Assembly: GCA_045543615.1 (NCBI GenBank)
Contig: JAZPXL010000005.1
Span: 132,436 to 196,435, forward strand
Direction: 5' to 3'
Length of the DNA: 64,000 nucleotides
Source of the DNA: Eubacteriales bacterium
GTDB lineage: Bacteria > Bacillota > Clostridia > Oscillospirales > CAG-272
Shown: piece after piece, positions 57,230 through 64,000 of the stretch
Layout: each line of letters starts with the position of its first letter
How positions within the stretch are numbered: the stretch's first letter is position 1
The notes under the pieces: generated by a model
The model's input: only the letters and a program-made list of their open reading frames with translations
What the model was told of the DNA's origin: nothing
Databases searched by the model: none
Translations under genes and position numbers: made by a program

Positions 57230-57895
57230 ATGACAAAGCAAGAGCTACTCAGATATGTTGACCACACACTTCTCGCCCCCACAGCAACCGAGGCTGAAAT
57301 ACGCGTTGTGTGCGATGATGCAATCAAATATAATACAGCCACAATCTGCATTCCCAACTCCTACGTTGCGTTTGCTACTGAATACACAGAGGGTAAGCTT
57401 GCCGTCGGAACAGTTATCGGCTTCCCCTCAGGCTACAACTGCACAGAGGCAAAGTGCGCCGAGGCTCGCCTTGCTATCGCTGACGGTGCGAGTGAAATTG
57501 ATATGGTCGCATCCATATACAACATCAAGAACGGCCGTTTTGACCTTGTAGAAGAGGATATTCGCAGAGTCAAGGATGTTTGTGGCTCAGTTCCACTCAA
57601 GGTCATCATCGAAACCTGTCTGCTCACAGAGGATGAAAAGATCCGTATGTGCTCCGTTGTTGCAGCCGGTGGTGCAGACTACATAAAGACCTCGACAGGA
57701 TTTTCAAAGGCAGGTGCGACCCGTGAGGACATCGCACTCTTCGCTGCACACGTTCCCGCAGGACTTAAGATCAAGGCGGCAGGCGGCATTCGCTCATTTG
57801 AGGATGCAGCTGATTTTGTTGCACTCGGTGCTCACCGTCTGGGAACAAGCGCACTCGTCAGAATTATGAAAAACGAAGAGCTTGCAAGCTATTGA
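57230..57895 (+). CDS. deoC: Deoxyribose-phosphate aldolase
   Basis: 221 aa. VDHTLLAP, LKVIIETCLL and DYIKTSTGF (Schiff-base Lys context). Confidence 0.93.
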   Translation: MTKQELLRYVDHTLLAPTATEAEIRVVCDDAIKYNTATICIPNSYVAFATEYTEGKLAVGTVIGFPSGYNCTEAKCAEARLAIADGASEIDMVASIYNIKNGRFDLVEEDIRRVKDVCGSVPLKVIIETCLLTEDEKIRMCSVVAAGGADYIKTSTGFSKAGATREDIALFAAHVPAGLKIKAAGGIRSFEDAADFVALGAHRLGTSALVRIMKNEELASY

Positions 57896-57912
57896 TTTTC
57901 ATCTGTCCGAAT

Positions 57913-57940
57913 AAAAAAACGGCTATACAGCCGTTTTTTT
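57913..57940. terminator. Bidirectional terminator
   Basis: AAACGGCT-ATAC-AGCCGTTT with flanking A7 and T7. Confidence 0.8.
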
Positions 57941-58790
57941 ATTTTGTTACAATCTCGCATCTACATTCACGAACGCTTCCGTCGGTGACGATCTCTCCAA
58001 TGCTATCGGCAACAATTCGTCCCGAGAGAGGATTTTTAACGGAGACAATATCGCCCACGATCTCTGCGTTGACCTCGGAATACTCAAACGAAAGGTCGCA
58101 ACCCTCCGTTGTGCATCCAATCAAAGTAAGGTTATTGCAATAGCAAAGTGGTTGTGTTCCCGAAATGTGGCAGTTTATAAGTGTCAAGCCCTCGCTATAC
58201 CACGCAAGATACTCGCCACGAATGGTGCAATTGCGCAAGGTGACGTTCTTTGCGTGCCAGAATGCGTCCTTTGTGTTGAGAGTTGCGTTGCAAATCTCGA
58301 CATTTTCGGTGTATTGGAACGAATACTTGCCCGTAAGTGTAAAGGAATCTATCCTAACATCGTGACACTCAAACAGAAAATATTCGCCTGTAATATTGCT
58401 GTTATCAATGGAAACTCCTCTGCATCTCCAACCAAACTCAGTCGAAACGGCAGTTACGTGCGACAGCGTTATGTCATCGCACTCCCTCAGAGCCTTGACG
58501 CCATACATCTCGCATCTCTCAAATCTGCCTCTCTTCGAGTACCATATCGGTGCTCTAACGCCCTCGCTCATCCTTGAGTCAGAGAGCACGAAATCTTCAC
58601 AATGCCAAAGAGGATAGCGGAGTGAAAAATCGCAATATCTTACATCTATATTACGGCATTCCTTGAGGGCAGACTCTCCGTCCTCCTCGCCACAAAATTT
58701 GCACTCCTCAACCAAAGCACCATTCAGTCCATAGAGCGCACGCTCCTCGCCTAAAACGAGGCCTTTATACATCTGTTCTCTTTTTGTCAT
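57939..58790 (-). CDS. DUF3737-like parallel beta-helix protein
   Basis: 283 aa. Cys- and Trp-rich repeats of about 20 aa (CRNIDVRYCDF, CDDITLSHV, CHDVRIDSF, NVEICNATL, NVTLRNCTI, LTLINCHI, LTLIGCTT). Family name from memory. Confidence 0.65.
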   Translation of the reverse strand: MTKREQMYKGLVLGEERALYGLNGALVEECKFCGEEDGESALKECRNIDVRYCDFSLRYPLWHCEDFVLSDSRMSEGVRAPIWYSKRGRFERCEMYGVKALRECDDITLSHVTAVSTEFGWRCRGVSIDNSNITGEYFLFECHDVRIDSFTLTGKYSFQYTENVEICNATLNTKDAFWHAKNVTLRNCTIRGEYLAWYSEGLTLINCHISGTQPLCYCNNLTLIGCTTEGCDLSFEYSEVNAEIVGDIVSVKNPLSGRIVADSIGEIVTDGSVRECRCEIVTK

Positions 58791-58791
58791 C

Positions 58792-59610
58792 TTATCTTTC
58801 TCTGTTAAGTATTATTTTTGCATTCTTAAAGAAAATGTTATCTTCCTCTTCTTTTGTAAGAGAAAGCTTTTTTATGTAGTCAATTGTTGTGCCGGGCAAC
58901 TCCCACGGGCAATCACTGCCAAACAACACACGTTTGCTTCCGTGTGCACGAATAATGTCTCTTGCACGCTCTGTGCTGAGGTAGTCCGAAATAAACGCTG
59001 TGTCAAAATAAATCGGCGTTCCGACAAGTCGGTCTGCAACCTCGTCCCACATCATCCACCCACCAAGGTGGGCTGCAACAAGCGTCAGAGACGGGCAGGC
59101 GTCAACAATTCTGCAAAGTCTCTCGGGGTCTGCGTGCACAGGTGGTGGATATCCAATATCCCTGCCTGCGTGAAGAACTACGGTAAGCCCTGTCCTCTCG
59201 GCTCTCTTACACACACGCACCATCTCGTCGCTGTCGGCATATACTCCCTGAAACTCAGGATGTAGCTTAATACCAACAAATCCGTCTTCGGCAAGTCTGT
59301 CAACAATATCCTCAGCCTCGAGATCAAGTGGATGAAGCGAGCCGAATGACAAAAGTCTGCCGTGTGTATTGTTTATCTCAGAGGCAACAGCGTTGACCTT
59401 TTGTGTCTGCGACGGCTTTGTTACTATGGGAAGTACAACTGCAAGGTCTACTCCGCAAACAGAGCAAACGCTCTCAAGCCCCTCGTATGTTCCGTCAGTA
59501 TGGGGCAGAATATCACATCCACTTACCCTGAGACTCCCCTCGCGCAAATGACTTAGCGTGCTTGCCGCAATCTTTGTCGGGAAAGCGTGTGTATGGAAAT
59601 CAATATACAT
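58792..59610 (-). CDS. Metal-dependent amidohydrolase (TIM barrel, amidohydrolase_2-like)
   Basis: 272 aa. [17 protein letters not shown] and LFGSDCPW. The ATG overlaps the upstream stop (TGATG). Confidence 0.75.
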   Translation of the reverse strand: MYIDFHTHAFPTKIAASTLSHLREGSLRVSGCDILPHTDGTYEGLESVCSVCGVDLAVVLPIVTKPSQTQKVNAVASEINNTHGRLLSFGSLHPLDLEAEDIVDRLAEDGFVGIKLHPEFQGVYADSDEMVRVCKRAERTGLTVVLHAGRDIGYPPPVHADPERLCRIVDACPSLTLVAAHLGGWMMWDEVADRLVGTPIYFDTAFISDYLSTERARDIIRAHGSKRVLFGSDCPWELPGTTIDYIKKLSLTKEEEDNIFFKNAKIILNRER

Positions 59611-60968
59611 CAGTTTTTCAGGCTATGGATTGGAGCAGGAATTCGTCCGCCTCTTGAGATGAACTTAGCAGGTGAATATTTGCTTACGGGCATAATGGGT
59701 GCGCTACCAAGCAGTCCACCGAAAATGACCTCGTCTCCAATGCCTTTGCCAACAGCAGGAATAATTCTCACAGCCGTAGTCTTGGTGTTCGCAACACCTA
59801 TCGAAATCTCGTCAGCAATAATACCACAAATGGTTGCGGCAGTTGTATCACCGGGAACTGCAATCATATCGAGACCAACGGAGCAAACAGCCGTCATAGC
59901 CTCGAGCTTTTCAAGCGTCAGCGCGCCTATGCGAGCTGCGTGGATCATTCCTGCGTCCTCAGATACGGGAATAAATGCGCCCGAAAGTCCACCAACGTGT
60001 GAGGACGCCATAACTCCACCCTTCTTGACAGCGTCATTGAGCAGAGCGAGTGCCGCAGTTGTGCCGGGGCATCCACACGCCTCAAGTCCCATATTCTCAA
60101 GTATGTAAGCAACCGAGTCACCAACGGCAGGCGTGGGAGCAAGTGAGAGATCGACAATTCCAAAGGGAACACCGAGTCGCTTTGCCGCCTCAAATGCAAC
60201 AAGCTGACCAACTCTTGTAATCTTAAATGCCGTCTTCTTTACAGTCTCTGCAAGCTCTGTCATATTGCAGTCTCCTGCTCTCTTTACAGCCGATGCAACA
60301 ACGCCCGGACCTGATACACCAACGCTCACAACGCATTCAGGCTCACTGACACCGTGGAATGCTCCTGCCATAAAGGGATTATCCTCAGGAACATTTGCAA
60401 ACACAACAAATTTTGCGCATCCAATGGAATCTCTGTCAGCAGTAAGCTCTGCTGCTTTAACGATAATATCTCCCATCTTCAGCACAGCATCCATATTGAT
60501 GCCGGCCTTTGTTGAAGCTACGTTAACCGATGAGCATACTCTCTCAGTTTCTGCCAGAGCGTAAGGAATGGATGCAATAAGCTGTTCATCAGCTACAGTA
60601 CATCCCTTCTGAACAAGTGCGCCATAGCCACCAATAAAGTTTATGCCAAGCGTATCTGCGGCACGATCAAGTGTCTTTGCAAGCTTGATATAATCCTCGC
60701 TTGAAAATCTGCCACCGAGTATGGAAATCGGAGTTACGGCAACACGGCGATTTACAATCGGAATACCGTACTGCTTTTCAATCTCATCTCCGACCTCAAC
60801 AAGCCGTCTTGCGCATCTTGTGATTTTTTCATAAACTCTCTCTGCGACCACATCGACATCATCGCCGGCGCAATCGATGAGAGAAATTCCCATAGTTATA
60901 GTACGAATATCGAGATTTTCCTCTCGAATCATATTTATCGTTTCAAGAATATCGTGGATATTAAGCAT
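59610..60968 (-). CDS. UPF0210 (DUF711; annotated 'PFL family') protein
   Basis: 452 aa. [30 protein letters not shown], the characteristic N-terminus of this family as I recall it. Confidence 0.8.
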   Translation of the reverse strand: MLNIHDILETINMIREENLDIRTITMGISLIDCAGDDVDVVAERVYEKITRCARRLVEVGDEIEKQYGIPIVNRRVAVTPISILGGRFSSEDYIKLAKTLDRAADTLGINFIGGYGALVQKGCTVADEQLIASIPYALAETERVCSSVNVASTKAGINMDAVLKMGDIIVKAAELTADRDSIGCAKFVVFANVPEDNPFMAGAFHGVSEPECVVSVGVSGPGVVASAVKRAGDCNMTELAETVKKTAFKITRVGQLVAFEAAKRLGVPFGIVDLSLAPTPAVGDSVAYILENMGLEACGCPGTTAALALLNDAVKKGGVMASSHVGGLSGAFIPVSEDAGMIHAARIGALTLEKLEAMTAVCSVGLDMIAVPGDTTAATICGIIADEISIGVANTKTTAVRIIPAVGKGIGDEVIFGGLLGSAPIMPVSKYSPAKFISRGGRIPAPIHSLKN

Positions 60969-60977
60969 TTTGTCTCC

Positions 60978-61247
60978 TTAGATTCTGTGCATTGAATTAA
61001 AAATATCCTCGTGCATTGTTGCTATGCAAAGACCATTCTCAAGTCCCATCTTCTCCATCTCGTCAACAAATGCTCCGAAATCCATCGAAAGCTTGTCTAT
61101 GTCAACAAGCACTATCATTGCAAAGTAATCATCAAGAACAGTTTGAGAAATGTCAACGATATTTGCCGAAGCCTGGGCGCATTTTGCCGAAACCTTGGCT
61201 ACAATACCTACGCTATCTTTTCCTGTTACTGTTATAACCGCTTTCAT
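60978..61247 (-). CDS. ACT-domain protein (UPF0237), usual partner of UPF0210
   Basis: 89 aa. MKAVITVTGKDSVGIVAKVSAKCAQASANIVDISQTVLDDYFAMIVLVDI. Confidence 0.85.
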   Translation of the reverse strand: MKAVITVTGKDSVGIVAKVSAKCAQASANIVDISQTVLDDYFAMIVLVDIDKLSMDFGAFVDEMEKMGLENGLCIATMHEDIFNSMHRI

Positions 61248-61282
61248 TTCTGTCTCCTCTGTAAAATATAATTAACTATTTA

Positions 61283-61311
61283 ATTATATATTCTTTATTT
61301 ATATTTGTCAA
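61283..61311 (-). promoter_or_regulatory. Consensus promoter for the ACT/UPF0210 operon (TTGACA-17-TATAAT)
   Basis: On the minus strand, TTGACA is at 61311-61306 and TATAAT at 61288-61283. Confidence 0.65.
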
Positions 61312-61338
61312 GTGCTTTGCCCAAATTCGAGTGACAAG

Positions 61339-61378
61339 AAAAGCGACAACAGCCCGAAGTGGCTGTTGTCGCCTTTTG
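61339..61378 (-). terminator. Terminator after the 61380-62666 gene
   Basis: GCGACAACAGCC (61343-61354) pairs with GGCTGTTGTCGC (61361-61372), followed by a T run on the minus strand. Confidence 0.8.
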
Positions 61379-61379
61379 T

Positions 61380-62666
61380 TTATGAGAAGATATTCTGAAG
61401 CATCTCTCCAAGAGCAGGAACTACTGCAAGGAAGAGTGTAGGCATATCTATAATAGCTGTGGGGATAATAAGGAAGATGATGGTGGTGATCCAAGAGCTC
61501 TTCTTCCAATAATTCTTCTCCATACGAGGAATATCGTCAACATCCATAAAGAAGAATTTGCGCATCTTCTTGTGCAGATACAGCTTGTTGATTCTCTCCT
61601 CATATTTCTGAGGATCGAAATTGGATACCGAGATGTAACCACTCATAGCTTTAGGAGCGTTGCTCTGAAGCTCGCGGGGAAGCTCACCCGAAAGTGCGAG
61701 CTGTTCGCCGTTGCTCTCGATAAATTCCTTGATTGCTACAATGCCTTCCTCTTCAAGCGAAACTATCATTCTCTGCTGAGAGGAGAACTTGAGACGGTAT
61801 ACAAGGATTGTAACAAACGCTCTGAGTATGCTTATTGTTGTGCCAAGTCTGGCAAGAAGCACTATGAGAAGGAAGATATTGAACACAAGGTGAAATGCGT
61901 AATTCTCATAATAGTCAGCGTATGTAACGTTGCGTGTTCCACAGATCTGAGAGATCGAAACCTCTTCGCCTGTTGCAGCATTGATGAGGAATGCGCTTGT
62001 GTCGCAATATTCATCAGCAATAAACAGCTCGTCGTTAAACTTTGCCTCAATAACAAAGTCCTTTGTTATTACAGCCATATTGGTGGCAGTAAGGAATGTA
62101 ACAAAGAAGAACGCAAGAACAAAGGTGAGAATAACTCTCATACCGTTGTTTACCCAGAAAGAAGCCGGGCTCTTGAAGATCGATGGATGCTTGCCCTTGA
62201 ACTTTTCAATCTTTCTGCTCTTATCTTCAAGCTCGCTCTTGCAGGTGACCTCAAAGTCAACAGAGCTTTCAAATTTCACGAAATCGGCAATAAGTGCCTT
62301 CTTTTCTTTCTCCGTCTCATAGTCATCCTCAAAGAACTCCATTACAAATCCGAGAGGAAGAACAACGTCGTTGTACTGAATGAAGTAATTTGTGAGGTTG
62401 GTAGAGGAAATCGCGCCGGCTTTTTTGCTTGAACGCTTCGGCTTGATGAGGTTGATGAAGGGGTTTCCTCCAACCATTGAAGCAAATCTGTCATAGAACT
62501 CCTTAGTCAAGCCCTGATTGGTCTTGATGTCGAGGATAAGCTTTCTCGCCTCTTTATCCGAGCTTATGGTATATCTTTCATTGTCGATCTCATTATACAA
62601 CCACTGATACGCCTCTTCGATAACATAGGTTGTAATTCTTCTTGAAATCTTTTCTATTCTATACAT
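61380..62666 (-). CDS. Hypothetical membrane protein: cytoplasmic N-terminal domain of about 170 aa plus about 4 TM
   Basis: 428 aa. ATG at 62666 with AAAGGG upstream. TM MRVILTFVLAFFFVTFLTATNMAVI, FHLVFNIFLLIVLLARL, ILRAFVTILVY and WITTIIFLIIPTAII. No family recognised. Confidence 0.65.
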   Translation of the reverse strand: MYRIEKISRRITTYVIEEAYQWLYNEIDNERYTISSDKEARKLILDIKTNQGLTKEFYDRFASMVGGNPFINLIKPKRSSKKAGAISSTNLTNYFIQYNDVVLPLGFVMEFFEDDYETEKEKKALIADFVKFESSVDFEVTCKSELEDKSRKIEKFKGKHPSIFKSPASFWVNNGMRVILTFVLAFFFVTFLTATNMAVITKDFVIEAKFNDELFIADEYCDTSAFLINAATGEEVSISQICGTRNVTYADYYENYAFHLVFNIFLLIVLLARLGTTISILRAFVTILVYRLKFSSQQRMIVSLEEEGIVAIKEFIESNGEQLALSGELPRELQSNAPKAMSGYISVSNFDPQKYEERINKLYLHKKMRKFFFMDVDDIPRMEKNYWKKSSWITTIIFLIIPTAIIDMPTLFLAVVPALGEMLQNIFS

Positions 62667-62711
62667 TTTTGACCCTTTCTTAATGAAGAAAAACTTTTTG
62701 GTGCGAGAATC

Positions 62712-64000
62712 TTATGTCTCAGAACCTGTGGTGATGTCATCAACCACCTCTGTTGTGCCGTCATTACCTGCGTCAGTTGCGTCTGTGCCACCATTTGAGT
62801 TGTCGGGCAGGAGAGTAACTACAAGAATAATGATAGCAAGCACAAGAACAAGCGCAACGCCGCCAATCATAATAAGAAGCGTGTTCTTATTTATCTTCGG
62901 ACGGCTCTCTGTGTCCTCAGGAGACAATCTTGCAAGGAAATCATCAAGAACCTCGGCAAGCTTCTTGGTAAATCCGTTTTTCATCTTGTTCTGCTCAAGC
63001 TTCATTATCGACGCATCGCATACCTCAAGCATAAGCTCCTCGCCCTCGTCAAACTGAATGATCTTCTGATCAAGAGCCTGTGCAAGATAATCAAGAACCT
63101 CTGCTGTTTCTGTGCGACCAAGATCCTTGAAGCAATCAACGCTTCCAAGTACGGTTTCTGCAACAGCAGCTATCATCGCCTCAACCTTTGTGGAATAAGT
63201 TATGATAACCATAATAGCAGCTACAACATAGTCCATTTCGCCTCGAGCAATAAGACCTGCGATGATCTTGTCCATCGCGCCGGAGTCCTTCTCGATGAGC
63301 GCAGCAAGCAAACTGTCGCTATGCATATTTTTGAGGTAGCTGTCGTCAATAAGTGTTGAGATGATTATATGCTTTACAAAGCAATCTGCTCTGCGCTGTG
63401 AAAAGCTCTCATCAATCTGAAGGCTCTCTGCAAGCGCATCACGATAAGCGATCGCAGGCTCGTTAGTCTCAGCATCAACCTCGTCATTCTCACGCTTGCG
63501 CTCAACTGTTGCAAGTGTTTCGTCAAGAAGACTCTCAAGATTTGCAAAGCTATCCTCAATAGCTGCCAGCTTTTGAGCTGCTTCAGCAGCCCTCTCAGCC
63601 TCTTCTCTCGCCCTGATAGTCTCAATAGCAGCACGGTCGTGCTCATCAAAAGCAGCGATTACGCCTGCAATCAGCTCACGTGTAACATCGATATCGTTTG
63701 CTTTGATAAACTCTGCAATCTTCTCGTTGCTAATAATAGCATAGACTAATTGTTCTATAAGTGATTCACGTCTCTCCTCAGGTATGGGAGTATCAACAAA
63801 TGCTTCAAATACGGACTCGCACCACTTGTCGATATTCTTCTGCGAGACAAACCTGTGGAAATTATCAATTCTCTGCTCAATCTGTGCAACAGCGTCACAG
63901 ATTATTGCGATATATTTGGATTCAACTGCGCTATCAATATCATCCTGTTCGGGAACGGATGCGACAAATGCCTCGTCTGCTGTGTGAATGTCTGCGATGT
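62712..64000 (-). CDS. Hypothetical acidic helical protein with one C-terminal TM, 5'-partial (continues beyond the right edge)
   Basis: The track shows only 62712-63326. Hand translation shows the same frame stays open from 63326 to the edge (...PEERRESLIEQLVYAIISNEK...RAREEAERAAEAAQKLAAIED...SYLKNMHSDSLL). There is no in-frame ATG/GTG/TTG upstream in the window and no RBS at 63326. C-terminal TM LLIMIGGVALVLVLAIIILVVTLL. Confidence 0.7.
   Translation of the reverse strand, partial: IADIHTADEAFVASVPEQDDIDSAVESKYIAIICDAVAQIEQRIDNFHRFVSQKNIDKWCESVFEAFVDTPIPEERRESLIEQLVYAIISNEKIAEFIKANDIDVTRELIAGVIAAFDEHDRAAIETIRAREEAERAAEAAQKLAAIEDSFANLESLLDETLATVERKRENDEVDAETNEPAIAYRDALAESLQIDESFSQRRADCFVKHIIISTLIDDSYLKNMHSDSLLAALIEKDSGAMDKIIAGLIARGEMDYVVAAIMVIITYSTKVEAMIAAVAETVLGSVDCFKDLGRTETAEVLDYLAQALDQKIIQFDEGEELMLEVCDASIMKLEQNKMKNGFTKKLAEVLDDFLARLSPEDTESRPKINKNTLLIMIGGVALVLVLAIIILVVTLLPDNSNGGTDATDAGNDGTTEVVDDITTGSET

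Noticed and set aside
1-64000. A search by eye for CRISPR arrays, IS elements, integrases, phage genes and toxin-antitoxin or known defence genes
   Set aside because: I found no spaced direct-repeat arrays, no transposase or recombinase motifs and no terminal inverted repeats. The window is essentially core chromosome apart from the left-hand operon.

Overview
This looks like a chromosomal segment from a Firmicute of the class Clostridia. Gene content and codon style suggest Oscillospiraceae or a Ruminococcus-like organism, but the taxon is inference only. I can support about 46 protein genes and one tRNA. I see no rRNA, CRISPR array, transposase, integrase or phage genes. Most of the window (13.8-61.3 kb) is housekeeping: a Na/Pi cotransporter, the trimeric [FeFe] hydrogenase operon hydCBA, rplM-rpsI, pcrA, secA, mnmA, a class A PBP, dnaE, whiA, murB, coaE, prfA, tsaC, a GyrA/ParC-like subunit, a SpoIID-like protein and deoC, plus several conserved unknowns. 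The accessory-looking part, and my best candidate for an undescribed system, is the left 13 kb. It is a tightly packed minus-strand operon with five genes in order. First is a 1134-aa solute-binding protein carrying two CBM-like modules. Next are two CUT1-type permeases. Fourth is a 712-aa fusion of signal peptide, NHL beta-propeller, TPR and a Yip1 membrane domain. Last is a secreted protein of more than 1800 aa that runs off the left edge. This last gene is absent from the supplied ORF track because it has no stop in the window. Its ribosome-binding site and ATG are separated from the body by an apparent 1-nt frameshift inside the signal peptide. Other points worth a second look:
- an unlisted 50-aa Asn/Gln-rich ORF upstream of pcrA
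- two polytopic membrane proteins translationally coupled to secA
- a streptothricin-acetyltransferase-like gene
- a GyrA/ParC-like gene with no B subunit in the window
- an HTH fused to a beta-helix domain
- an ACT/UPF0210/amidohydrolase/DUF3737 operon
- a two-gene uncharacterised membrane module at the right edge, whose first gene also extends beyond the window
All family calls come from reading motifs by eye. No searches were run.
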